Shown: piece by piece, positions 9,007 to 18,619 of the stretch | How the letters are laid out: each line of letters starts with the position of its first letter | Numbering within the stretch: the stretch's first letter is position 1 | DNA from: a virus | Virus record (IMG/VR): IMGVR_UViG_3300045988_039373 | Coordinates: 22,795-86,794 of that record | Direction: 5' to 3' (one strand) | Length of the DNA: 64,000 nucleotides | Notes under the pieces: model-generated | The model's database searches: none | What the model was told of the DNA's origin: nothing | The model's input: only the letters and a program-made list of their open reading frames with translations | Made by a program: the position numbers and the translations under genes

Positions 9007-10442
9007 TATATATCTCCTTGCTTTTTGTTATATTTCTCTATATTAGCATCTGGGTTACTAGAACTTTTTAGAGAATTATCTAGTTGTTCTCCATATACCC
9101 TGTCATATTCTTTTCGTTGTTCTCTAGTAAATTCGGTACACCGTTGAGTTTCTGTAGAGCATTTAAAAAGAGCTCTACCTGATGGTAGACCATCCCTTTG
9201 AACCACTATCTCGGCCCTTAATATATCATCCCTTTCTTCTTGTTCTGTAGCATTTAACCCCATAATTACTTGAGCATTTCTTACTATGGCTATAGAACCA
9301 GATATATCATTTTCATCATATCTGGTTTTTCTATGTTTTTTACCCTCTCTAGTAATATGATGTGCAGTCCAGATTATATCAAGTTTCATTTCTTCGGCTA
9401 AGTTACTCAAGTCTATATATACATTAGATATTCTTTCGAAATCTTCCCTATCCCCCGCTATTGATGCAAGTTTACCAGCGTAGTCAACCATAAGAACTTT
9501 AATATCGATTCCTTGATTACGAAGTTGAATTATCTTTTCCCTTATATAAGTGGTATTAGTAATCATTGCTGGTACACGCTCAACCACTAATTCAACTCCA
9601 AACCTTGCAAGTTTCCTTAAATGCTTTGCCTCGAGTTTATCATATTCACCTGAATATAATTCCTTCTTGGTTTTATTAATACTTGATTGAATGAAACGGT
9701 CCATGATTTGGTCCTGACCATTTTCTGTATCTATATATAATACTGACTTCTTCATTCTGAGATAACCTCTTGCAAGGTTTACCATAAAGAATGTCTTCTT
9801 TGCTTTGGGTTTATCCAATATCACATTTACAGAATGCTCTGGATAACCTCCTGCATTGGTAAGGTCATTCAATTGCCTATATGGGCAAGGTATTACTGAT
9901 GGTTCAGATTGTCTTTTAAACTGTCTTTCTGTAACATCTCGTATCATATATAGGGGTTCATCCTCTTTCTTAGGTTTACTTTTCTGTAGTACCTTTTCAA
10001 TCTTCCTTGAATACTCTTCATATTGTTCGAAGTTATCCAAGTCGAAGGAATCATTTAGGTTCTTCATTTCAACGTAAGTAGAGAACTGATATATCCTTTC
10101 CTTGATATATTCTGAATCAGATAAAGGAATATGATACAGATTACTTATCAGTTTTTGAATACTGGGCAAGTCATCCTTAGTTACTAAATCGACGTATGCC
10201 TTTGATTCTAGCAATTCTTTTATCACCTGCTTCAGGATATTTTCTGAAGGCATCTTGCCTTGCTTTTTAAAATACTTTGATATGCCCTCGAATATAAGAG
10301 CATGTTCTATGAGAACCAGATAACTTGATTTAACCCGACGTAGGACTAAACCACCTTCTTTATCCCTTAAAATGAACCGGAGTATCTCTAACTGGAAGTC
10401 CGGAGTGAAACTAAATTTAACTAAATCTTTAAACTTTTTCAT
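9006..10442 (-). CDS. DnaB-like / RecA-fold replicative helicase
   Basis: The track start at 10511 is TTG, and the first in-frame ATG is at 10442 (MKKFKDLVKF). Degenerate P-loop LDKPKAKKTFFMVNLA, Walker B KVLMVDYAG, and IIWTAHHITREG. Confidence 0.65.
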   Translation of the reverse strand: MKKFKDLVKFSFTPDFQLEILRFILRDKEGGLVLRRVKSSYLVLIEHALIFEGISKYFKKQGKMPSENILKQVIKELLESKAYVDLVTKDDLPSIQKLISNLYHIPLSDSEYIKERIYQFSTYVEMKNLNDSFDLDNFEQYEEYSRKIEKVLQKSKPKKEDEPLYMIRDVTERQFKRQSEPSVIPCPYRQLNDLTNAGGYPEHSVNVILDKPKAKKTFFMVNLARGYLRMKKSVLYIDTENGQDQIMDRFIQSSINKTKKELYSGEYDKLEAKHLRKLARFGVELVVERVPAMITNTTYIREKIIQLRNQGIDIKVLMVDYAGKLASIAGDREDFERISNVYIDLSNLAEEMKLDIIWTAHHITREGKKHRKTRYDENDISGSIAIVRNAQVIMGLNATEQEERDDILRAEIVVQRDGLPSGRALFKCSTETQRCTEFTREQRKEYDRVYGEQLDNSLKSSSNPDANIEKYNKKQGDI

Positions 10443-10588
10443 ATCTATATTGCAATATTTATAAACTAATAGATTTTGATAGTACCGAGATAGTTCTGAG
10501 CATGTTGACAACTATCTAGAAACATACTAATCCACTACCTTAAGCTCAAGTATATTTAATATTATTATTTTATATAAGAAAAAATACT

Positions 10589-10596
10589 TATATTTG
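10589..10596 (+). promoter_or_regulatory. Bacteroidota-type -7 box TATATTTG for the plus-strand gene at 10619
   Basis: Exact TAnnTTTG match 23 nt upstream of the ATG, within CTTATATTTGCATAACG. This is the same TATATTTGCAT core as the other promoters in the window. Confidence 0.6.
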
Positions 10597-10618
10597 CATA
10601 ACGAATATTTAAAAGAAC

Positions 10619-11272
10619 ATGGGAAAAAGTAAAGGAAATAATGGCTCAGAGCTTCATAGATTAAAACCTATGCAGGAATATGATGAAGCTACATTCAACA
10701 GACTTTATAAAGTTTGTAAGCCAGTAATCAGAAATCTTACCCGACAGATTGATTATAAAAGGTTTAATCTTACACCTGATATCATTCAGTCTTATTTCTG
10801 GGATAAGATGTTATTTGTTTTCAACAAATACTATGGTGAATGTACTGAAGAACATCTTAAAGCAAGAATCCTTGCATCACTTAGTACATTCAAGAATAAA
10901 CTACTTCGTTCGGCATACGGAGAACAAGCAGAGTATAATCAAAATCTCTTTAAGCTTGATGATTTGTTTGATAATGACAAAGAATTAGAGGATGATAGTG
11001 AACAAGAGAAAGCTAAATCCGAAATGCTTGATATGATGTATAAGTATATGAAGGATAAACTTTCTCCCGATGCCCATCTCCTATTCGAGGTATTATTAAC
11101 TCCCCCTCCTTTTATTAAAGAGAGGCTTGGAGATAGTACTCGAATTACCAACATAATGCTTATAGAGTTTTTCGAAATGCCTAAGACTAATGATTCTATG
11201 AGATATATCTCAGAACTTAGACAAGATATCCAATACTGGGAAGATAGAGCTAAGGAAGAACTTAAGTATTAA
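10619..11272 (+). CDS. Hypothetical regulator, possibly a sigma-factor-like protein
   Basis: The only plus-strand gene in 0-51 kb. The N-terminal part (FNRLYKVCKPVIRNLTRQI...DIIQSYFWDKMLFVF) resembles sigma region 2. The product call is weak. Confidence 0.4.
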   Translation: MGKSKGNNGSELHRLKPMQEYDEATFNRLYKVCKPVIRNLTRQIDYKRFNLTPDIIQSYFWDKMLFVFNKYYGECTEEHLKARILASLSTFKNKLLRSAYGEQAEYNQNLFKLDDLFDNDKELEDDSEQEKAKSEMLDMMYKYMKDKLSPDAHLLFEVLLTPPPFIKERLGDSTRITNIMLIEFFEMPKTNDSMRYISELRQDIQYWEDRAKEELKY

Positions 11273-11282
11273 CACAAAAGAA

Positions 11283-11306
11283 AAGGGACGTTTCCCAACG
11301 TCCCTT
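11283..11306. terminator. Bidirectional hairpin between convergent genes
   Basis: Perfect 10-bp stem AAGGGACGTT / AACGTCCCTT with a 4-nt loop (TCCC), between the 10619-11272 (+) and 11405-12760 (-) genes. Confidence 0.7.
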
Positions 11307-11404
11307 CCCAACAGATTTTCAAAATCAACTATGCAAACACGATTTGTAAAGTGTCAAATACTAATAACTAATTCAATCTATATTATGAAGTGGAATGAAG
11401 TTAC

Positions 11405-12760
11405 TTAGGATGATATCTTTTGGATATATCGTAATGTAATAGTCGGTGGCAATTTTTCGATATTCAGAGTCTCTACCGAAGTCTCTTGTAAGAAACTTTC
11501 ACCAAGCAAATTCCAGCTCACTACAATAGCACCATCCTGGATTCCTTTAGTTGGAGTTCCTCTACCAAAGTCACCATTTAAACCTGTCTCTCTATTAAAG
11601 AAAGATTGAGGACGAACGTTCTCCCAGTTGTTAGCATTATCCTGCTTACCTTTAGATACACCAAGAGCATGTCTATGCTTAGGCAAATCATCACCCTTAA
11701 TCTGGATAAGGAAGTTACCCTGAGTAGGAATATAATAATCTCCCACATTCTGCAACATAGTTTCATCACCAATTTGAATACCTCCTGCTTGATAACCCAT
11801 AACTATTCTACCAGATGCCTTTGTATATTCTGCCCAACCCTCAGGTATTACATCAGTTTCCCAGAGGATAATAGAACCGATTGGGAGATTAGCAGTACTC
11901 AGGGATTCGGCAAACTCTTTTCTGATTGCCTCGAGTTGAGCATCAATGTATTGTTTGATGTTCAATGTATTACCTGCTTCATCTACTACTGGGAACCCAG
12001 TATTCATTTCTTCGGTTCTCTTTATGGATTCTTTGAATGAACTGTGAGTTGCAGTAGTAAAGGGTATCTCCTGGAATTTACCCTGGTAAGGTACGATGGC
12101 AAAGTTCTCATTTCGTTTTGTCATTGCATCGGTTCCTTTACCATAGATACCAATAAGAACAACCGAATTTTTATTATTAGAGTAATAAGGGCAAGCACTC
12201 TCTACCATCTCTAGAAGATTGCTATAGGTCATATTATAATCGGAATATACATCACTATTAAGTATACTCGGAGTACGATTTGCCTCGGCAATCGGATAGT
12301 AGATATCATTAGCCTTTTTGAATAAATCATAGAAGCTTTCTGAGGATTCATTCCAATAGGCTACGAAGTCTACTGGATTATCTACGGGTTCTGAGATAGT
12401 AGTATGTACTGCAAAAAGTAATACCTCTTCAGTTGAGCCCTGAGTACCTTGGATGTTTTCAATGGTAAGGGTTTGCTCATCAGAGATAAATACATATCCA
12501 TCTCTTGAGATACAACCAAAGTTTACATCAGGTAATTCCCCATCTTCTGAAGCTTTTGCCATGTACCTTGCCATGATACGGTCTTTGATTACATTAGCAT
12601 ACTTACTTCCTGATACTCCCTGAGGAGATACTGTTAACCTATTACCATTTATGGTGGCTGAGCCAAAACCACAGAATGGTCCTAAACCAGAGGGAGCAGC
12701 AATTGCCTCTGCTGCTTCCTTTGATTTAATGATACCTTCATACTTAAAGTACGTCTTCAT
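11405..12760 (-). CDS. Tail fibre / receptor-binding protein with a C-terminal tail-collar-like domain
   Basis: Last gene of the tail module. LPIGSIILWETDVIPEGWAEYTKASGRIVMGY resembles the phage tail-collar motif. Confidence 0.65.
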   Translation of the reverse strand: MKTYFKYEGIIKSKEAAEAIAAPSGLGPFCGFGSATINGNRLTVSPQGVSGSKYANVIKDRIMARYMAKASEDGELPDVNFGCISRDGYVFISDEQTLTIENIQGTQGSTEEVLLFAVHTTISEPVDNPVDFVAYWNESSESFYDLFKKANDIYYPIAEANRTPSILNSDVYSDYNMTYSNLLEMVESACPYYSNNKNSVVLIGIYGKGTDAMTKRNENFAIVPYQGKFQEIPFTTATHSSFKESIKRTEEMNTGFPVVDEAGNTLNIKQYIDAQLEAIRKEFAESLSTANLPIGSIILWETDVIPEGWAEYTKASGRIVMGYQAGGIQIGDETMLQNVGDYYIPTQGNFLIQIKGDDLPKHRHALGVSKGKQDNANNWENVRPQSFFNRETGLNGDFGRGTPTKGIQDGAIVVSWNLLGESFLQETSVETLNIEKLPPTITLRYIQKISS

Positions 12761-12777
12761 TATTGTTATTTTTAAAG

Positions 12778-13293
12778 TTATTTATTGTTATTTTTAAAGT
12801 TATTCTTTTGTTCTGCCATATCTTTAAATGCTTCACCCAAATCCTTAAACTTGAAGGTTAACAATTTAAAGAGAATCTTCCATATACTGTACTTCTTTTT
12901 GATACCATGTATTTCGCAGATATGACCATAGATACTATCTACTTCAAAGCAATAGCATAATACCATTACTGTAATAGATACTACGATTGGGTCCATTCCG
13001 TATGGTTCGCCTATGGCCTTACCAAGTACAGCTCCCAATAAAACATAGCAGATATAATCTACTATCTTATTTAGAGTTCTTCTTCCAGCTCTAGACTTTC
13101 GAATTTCTATACCTTGGATTCTACTGGCAGATACTCCAAACCATAAATCTGATAGGATTAAGATTATTGCCAGTACTATCATCCATCTCAAATCATAAAG
13201 AATTTGAGTACACTCTCCCAATATGCCCACAGTAAATGTCTTGAATAAAGACTGAGTTGTGGTCTCAGTGATTCTATCGATTGTATTTATCAT
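12778..13293 (-). CDS. Multi-pass membrane protein, holin-like
   Basis: The track start at 13311 is TTG. The ATG at 13293 forms an ATGA overlap with the upstream stop. Three or four TM helices, and SDLWFGVSASRIQG...SRAGRRTLNKI resembles the holin 4_1-type pattern. Confidence 0.45.
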   Translation of the reverse strand: MINTIDRITETTTQSLFKTFTVGILGECTQILYDLRWMIVLAIILILSDLWFGVSASRIQGIEIRKSRAGRRTLNKIVDYICYVLLGAVLGKAIGEPYGMDPIVVSITVMVLCYCFEVDSIYGHICEIHGIKKKYSIWKILFKLLTFKFKDLGEAFKDMAEQKNNFKNNNK

Positions 13294-15752
13294 TGTTCTA
13301 CTATTTGCCAAGATTGATTACTGTAGGTTGTAATGGTGAAGGTCTTTTCCGATAGGTCATCGAATTCCCATTCCAACTTTTGAGGATTAACACTTAATAG
13401 GTCTGCATCTACTACTGTGAACTTAGTTCTCTTAGAAGTATCTGCAACGGATTCAAAGATATATTCTCCTGCTTGAGCAGTAATGAATTCATAACCTTGT
13501 CCACCAGCATCATAGGTATTAACCTTGCCCACTTCCCTAATTCTACTATCGAAATCTGGTTTATTCGAAGTACACTTAATTAAGGTAGATACTTGTTTAA
13601 CAGTACCCTTTAGTTCGGCATACTCTGGAGTACAAGATATCTCAATGATAGTTGGATAATCTTCCAGGATTACTTGGCATCTTAGAGAAGAACCATCATC
13701 AGCTACGAAAGTATAGGTACCTGCTTTGGTAAGAGTAATCTCTTCACCCAGATTATAGGTTTCTCCAGTCTCATCACAAGTAGCAGTACCATTTACATTT
13801 ACTCCGTTCTTCATTTCTTCCAGTGAGAACTTACAAGCAGACTTCTCATCCACCAAAGCATATACTGCATAGGTATCATCGATTTGGTCTTCTGGTAAAG
13901 TCCAATCTGGTTCTTGCCAATGTTCATCGGTAGTATCTGAAGGAACTATCTTTAACTTATTCTGATATACTGTTGGAGAATTGCTTACGGTCCAGATAGT
14001 CCTTGCAGATGGGTAAGCTACAGATTGGAAAGTATAAGTACCTGACCTATTAGTATTATATACATAACCATTCTTAGCATCGAATACTTCCCCGGTTTCT
14101 ACTACTCTTACTCTGTAGTCATCACCATTACCTGAGATACGTTGAATACTTACTGTGGTCTTGGCTGAACCATTAAACAAAGTAGAAGATGGTGGGTTAA
14201 TACTAACTCTATAGATTGCGGTCTTACCAGAAGTTACTTTGAAGATACCTACACCTTCTTCGGTTTCCCTTTTATCAAGAGTACACCTAAACTTATAGGT
14301 ACCATAACTGCTGGCAGTAAACTTATCTCCATTCTTAAATAACTTAGTGTCACCTACCAACCTGCAGTATAAGTCTCCAGTAAAGGATTCCGGGTAATTA
14401 GATTCGATGGTTAGAGTAGTAGTTGCATCCCTTATACTTTGTTTATCACCAACTCGAAACTCTGATGGAGTACATCTTACTTTATAAGTAATCTCTTGTC
14501 TGGTTACTACAAAGGAAGTTTGTTTTACTGGGAACTCTACAATCTCAAAGTAATAAGTACCGGGTTCTTTAAATTCCCAAGTTGCTCCTGATACTTTTAC
14601 TTGGTCAGTTCCTGACAATCGAACATTATAAGTTTTGATTTGTCCCTTATAGGATACGTTAGCCCTTACTACCGTATACACACTTAGCTTTGATGGTGTT
14701 ATCTCTGCAGTAACTGGGTCACAGGTAATTGAGTATACCCTGTTATAAGATTCTTGACCTACGGTGATTTGGGTTATCTTGGAATTATCCCCAACGCTTC
14801 GGAAATAATAAGTACCCGCTCTTGGTATATTAAATACAAAACCACTGGGATGTTTTGTATATCCCCAATTTACCTTATCACTTGATATCTGAAACCTTAA
14901 ATCAGCATTAGGCCAATCAGCAGTTACGGTTACCATAACAGGTACTTCATATACTTCTGAAGTTATCAGATTTGGTTGGTCAGGATTTACTAATTCTGCC
15001 TTGATTGCATACCCATCATTTACCGTAAACCCATATTGGATATTGAATGATACATGGTAAGGTATGAATCTTCGGAAGAAACTTTCTACAGCTTCCCTAA
15101 ATCTTTTGAATGCCTCAGAGTTCGAAGTATACCCATGACCTGTAAGGCTAAATGTTACCGGTATACATTGAGAACAATCGAAAGTATTATCATAAGAATA
15201 CTTGTCATCATACAAGAAGTATTGGTCAAAGTAAGGGTGACCTTTTATCCAACCGTCGTAAGAATCTGCCTTAGCTGGGTCTGAGACTGTACAGGTTAAC
15301 CCATATAGCCTCATCATTATTTCGAAGAATTCAGCTGTACCTCGTATCTTGAATAGAGATACCGAATATCTTAGAATATTTCTTACTTGAGTACTGGTTA
15401 AAGTGAAAGGCCCCTCCTTTGGTATTATCCAAAGCTTTGATAATTCCTGGAGTTTACTGTCTGAGTAGAAACCATTAAAGTACTCTGACCACTTCTGGGC
15501 ATCTATTGTGTTCCCATAAGCGAAGGGCATTTCTCCGAGGAATTGCCAAAGAAAGTTGAGATACATGTCTGGAGTTTTATCTATATCGATAATATCCAGA
15601 ATGTTATCAATGTCTTTAGTAATATAATCTTCAAAATGCTCTCCACAAATTTCTAGAAACCTCTCCAGAATGCCCTTACCATTTACCTTATAAGTATCTT
15701 GGTCCTTATATTCGAATGGTAAAAAATCAATTAGGTTTTTGAGGTTTATCAT
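13290..15752 (-). CDS. Baseplate-peripheral / fibre-associated protein with about six tandem Ig-like modules
   Basis: Lies directly downstream of the baseplate J-like gene. Recurrent module signature G-T/E-Y-x-F: AGTYYFRSVGD, PGTYYFEIVE, YGTYKFRCTL, SGTYTFQSVAY, AGTYTFVADDG, AGEYIFESVAD. Confidence 0.6.
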   Translation of the reverse strand: MINLKNLIDFLPFEYKDQDTYKVNGKGILERFLEICGEHFEDYITKDIDNILDIIDIDKTPDMYLNFLWQFLGEMPFAYGNTIDAQKWSEYFNGFYSDSKLQELSKLWIIPKEGPFTLTSTQVRNILRYSVSLFKIRGTAEFFEIMMRLYGLTCTVSDPAKADSYDGWIKGHPYFDQYFLYDDKYSYDNTFDCSQCIPVTFSLTGHGYTSNSEAFKRFREAVESFFRRFIPYHVSFNIQYGFTVNDGYAIKAELVNPDQPNLITSEVYEVPVMVTVTADWPNADLRFQISSDKVNWGYTKHPSGFVFNIPRAGTYYFRSVGDNSKITQITVGQESYNRVYSITCDPVTAEITPSKLSVYTVVRANVSYKGQIKTYNVRLSGTDQVKVSGATWEFKEPGTYYFEIVEFPVKQTSFVVTRQEITYKVRCTPSEFRVGDKQSIRDATTTLTIESNYPESFTGDLYCRLVGDTKLFKNGDKFTASSYGTYKFRCTLDKRETEEGVGIFKVTSGKTAIYRVSINPPSSTLFNGSAKTTVSIQRISGNGDDYRVRVVETGEVFDAKNGYVYNTNRSGTYTFQSVAYPSARTIWTVSNSPTVYQNKLKIVPSDTTDEHWQEPDWTLPEDQIDDTYAVYALVDEKSACKFSLEEMKNGVNVNGTATCDETGETYNLGEEITLTKAGTYTFVADDGSSLRCQVILEDYPTIIEISCTPEYAELKGTVKQVSTLIKCTSNKPDFDSRIREVGKVNTYDAGGQGYEFITAQAGEYIFESVADTSKRTKFTVVDADLLSVNPQKLEWEFDDLSEKTFTITTYSNQSWQIVEQ

Positions 15753-17470
15753 ACTATCTCATTTACGGTTAGTGTTAACTGTGAAGCATTTTCGAATACC
15801 GGTAAATTAAAACCGGGGTCTTCGTAATCATGATTAGGTTCTGATACGGTAATTGAATAACGGTACCCGGATTGGTAACTGTTGTTCTGTATATCCAGAG
15901 AGAAGTCAAACCCATTTGCCTTATCTACTACCTGGAGTGAACTACCAACAGAACCTGTAGCTACATAACCATTCGATACTGAACGTACTGTAAAAGTTGT
16001 AGAAGAATTGAAGGTTATGAAGTAGGTCATAGACCCAGTAGCCTTATTCAATTTGAACTGTCCCAATGCAAGTTCCTTGTTACCATAAATGGTAGTAGGC
16101 CAAGGCTTGATATAAAACTTGGTAAGGTGTAGGTAATCTATGGTAGACAGATTATCAATCAGAGCATAGATATCAGATACCCTTACGCTTCCTCCAATCT
16201 CTGCTTGTTCTGGAGAGTAGGCATTATATAATGCTGTAAGGATTTGTGTCTGTATCTCTGCAGTCTTATAAGACTTCTTTCCAGTGACATCCATCTCCAG
16301 GATGATTTGAACTTTTCCTGCAGATTTAACCTTGAGCCAGGTAGTCATAGGAGCCCTCTGAGATAGTAAGTTGTATACTCTACTAATTAACTCAGAAGAA
16401 GCTACTGCTCCACCATCTGGGCTAATATATACCGTAAGCTTTCTACCACATTCGTAATCTGCTTTTGCCTTGTTAACCCCATCAACTAACATTGCCAAGC
16501 TTTCGAAATCCTCTTTGGTAATTGCTACTCCCAGAGTCTTAACACTCAAAGGTATATGTTCCTTGAGCATAGTGAAGTTCTCATAATTAGAACCACCTCC
16601 TGCATCATAAGCATTACTTACTGTAGCATCAGTGATTGATGAGGATATAACTGAGGGTACTGATGTAATGGTATTACTCTTTACATTACCTTGAGAACCA
16701 TTGGTTAAGTAGAATACCACATTGGTTATCTTTGCACCTGCTGCAGGTTTCTTACCAAAGGTACCATCTCCAAACATTATATATGGGTTTAGAGATTCAT
16801 CTACCGATACCATAAAGTGTTTATCCGTAGGTTTAGACTTTGCAAAGGTTTCTACCAATACCCAAGATTCCCCACCTATCTGTAAAGACATAGAGCCATG
16901 TTCATAATACTTACCGTTGGGTAATGTACCCAAGTTAAGTTGTACTCTATCTCCTGTAGGTATTACCATGTTATTGAGAGCACTTGTAGTATACTTCTCA
17001 TGTTGAATAATTGGTACCTTGCAGGTAGTTACATTTGAATACCAGGTAACATCTCGGGCAGATAACCAGCTATTACCACTTTGGTCTGTAAATAGAGTTC
17101 CTTGTGGTATGGTTAACTTTGCACCAATAGAGTTACCAGTAATGCTTCTAGATAAGATTACATCTACGGTAGCGGCAATCGCTGCTCGAGCATGGTAATC
17201 TACCAAGGCACCATGTTTAACTACCGAATCATATCTACGAGCTGTAGATAAGAAAGTTTCCCTTGCCATATTGTCTACATAGTAATGTAGTACTTCAGCA
17301 ATCGCTGCAAACAAGGAGAGAATGATAATAAGGATGTTTCCCTCCGAATAGTCCGTTATGAGTTTCTGACCATCCTTGTCCTTGAGACCCATAAGGGATT
17401 CTACCAGCTTGGCCTTAATCTGTTGGTAAGACCTCTGGTATGGGTTAAGCCATTTATTTGTGATTCCCAT
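15749..17470 (-). CDS. Baseplate wedge protein (gpJ / T4 gp6-like)
   Basis: Size (573 aa) and position immediately after the gp25-like gene. Confidence 0.6.
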   Translation of the reverse strand: MGITNKWLNPYQRSYQQIKAKLVESLMGLKDKDGQKLITDYSEGNILIIILSLFAAIAEVLHYYVDNMARETFLSTARRYDSVVKHGALVDYHARAAIAATVDVILSRSITGNSIGAKLTIPQGTLFTDQSGNSWLSARDVTWYSNVTTCKVPIIQHEKYTTSALNNMVIPTGDRVQLNLGTLPNGKYYEHGSMSLQIGGESWVLVETFAKSKPTDKHFMVSVDESLNPYIMFGDGTFGKKPAAGAKITNVVFYLTNGSQGNVKSNTITSVPSVISSSITDATVSNAYDAGGGSNYENFTMLKEHIPLSVKTLGVAITKEDFESLAMLVDGVNKAKADYECGRKLTVYISPDGGAVASSELISRVYNLLSQRAPMTTWLKVKSAGKVQIILEMDVTGKKSYKTAEIQTQILTALYNAYSPEQAEIGGSVRVSDIYALIDNLSTIDYLHLTKFYIKPWPTTIYGNKELALGQFKLNKATGSMTYFITFNSSTTFTVRSVSNGYVATGSVGSSLQVVDKANGFDFSLDIQNNSYQSGYRYSITVSEPNHDYEDPGFNLPVFENASQLTLTVNEIV

Positions 17471-17471
17471 A

Positions 17472-17897
17472 TTATTGTGTATTTAATGAATTATCCGAGT
17501 GATCATAGGTGATGTCGAGGTACTGACTAGAATTTGTTCCATTTACTACATAAGCTACTTCTATATGTATTTTTGCATCAACTCTAGTAACTGTGATGCT
17601 TTGGAAGGTTATTCGCTGTTCCCATGCACCTATGGCTTGTTTTAAAAACTCTTTAATTATAAAACTTAGGGCTTGTGAGTTTGGTTCCTCAATACATTGC
17701 CAAAGTTTACTACCAAAGTTTTCCTGTCGAAATCTCTGGCCAATCATGTAATATAGGATAGCACTTATATTATCCCGGATAAGTTTGAAATCCCCATTTA
17801 CTGGGTACCAACCGGTTTCTCCCTTTTCGTTTCGAGTAAGTTGAATAGGAAACGTTACTCCTATACCAACTATATCTGTGAAGTAATTCTTTTCCAT
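17472..17897 (-). CDS. Baseplate wedge protein, gpW / T4 gp25-like
   Basis: The track start at 17909 is TTG, and an ATG lies at 17897 (TAATG overlap). GVTFPIQLT...LIRDNISAILYYMIGQRFRQENFGSKLWQCIEEP matches the gp25-family pattern. Confidence 0.75.
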   Translation of the reverse strand: MEKNYFTDIVGIGVTFPIQLTRNEKGETGWYPVNGDFKLIRDNISAILYYMIGQRFRQENFGSKLWQCIEEPNSQALSFIIKEFLKQAIGAWEQRITFQSITVTRVDAKIHIEVAYVVNGTNSSQYLDITYDHSDNSLNTQ

Positions 17898-18619
17898 TAG
17901 TGTATACAAGATTTATCCTCATAATCATCAATCTGAAATTGTGAGAATGGTTTAGTTACTTGAGTTACAGTAGGACCTGAAGAACCTGGTCCAGTAGTTA
18001 CACCTGAGTGTACATGAGAGTTGAACATACTTCTTAATTGTTCGAGTTCCTTAACCGTTTGGTTTAGTTTCTCGGTTAGCTGTTCGATGTTGATGATACC
18101 TCTATTTTCTCCCTCATTTATTACTACGGTATCACCTGAGTTAATACCAATGCTTTTCTTAGAAGCCACCACTACATCTGATTCAGAGTATACTGACACA
18201 GTACCATTGAAGTATAAGTTCAGAGTTCCTTCATCGTCATTAATAACAATCAGATTACCTTCTGGAGTAACTAAGCCCATCTTATTGGGCCCATTCAAGG
18301 GTTCAGGGATTTGTTGTAATCCCCATCCATGATATTCCCAAAGAGGTTTAGTTGGGTCTCCGAATTCGAAAGTAACAAAAACTATATCGCCTATCTTAGG
18401 AGCCAAGAACTTGAAGCCTGTACTAATTGAACCATGTTGTCCTTTTGGTAAGGCCCATGCAAAAGTACCTCCCATTACTTCTGGGATACATACTTTCACC
18501 CTATTCATATTCTTCTCAGTATCTTCATTGTCTATGACTATACCTCGATAAACTGAGTAGTACCTACCAAGGCCTTCTAGGCCTTCTTCGGTTATTATCT
18601 TTGCAGTTTCGTATCCCAT
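17897..18619 (-). CDS. Baseplate central spike (gpV / gp5 OB-fold type)
   Basis: RVKVCIPEVMGGTFAWALPKG...PKIGDIVFVTFEFGDPTKPLW is the typical gpV/VgrG OB-fold signature. Confidence 0.75.
   Translation of the reverse strand: MGYETAKIITEEGLEGLGRYYSVYRGIVIDNEDTEKNMNRVKVCIPEVMGGTFAWALPKGQHGSISTGFKFLAPKIGDIVFVTFEFGDPTKPLWEYHGWGLQQIPEPLNGPNKMGLVTPEGNLIVINDDEGTLNLYFNGTVSVYSESDVVVASKKSIGINSGDTVVINEGENRGIINIEQLTEKLNQTVKELEQLRSMFNSHVHSGVTTGPGSSGPTVTQVTKPFSQFQIDDYEDKSCIH

Noticed and set aside
13290-15752. Diversity-generating retroelement targeting the Ig-like repeat proteins
   Set aside because: There is no reverse transcriptase ORF (no YxDD-type protein) and no template/variable repeat pair in the window.
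18564-18619. The 56-nt overlap between the hub and spike genes as a second programmed frameshift
   Set aside because: No slippery X_XXY_YYZ heptamer lies in the overlap. The spike gene has its own verified ATG. A simple overlap, or a slightly shorter hub C-terminus, is sufficient.
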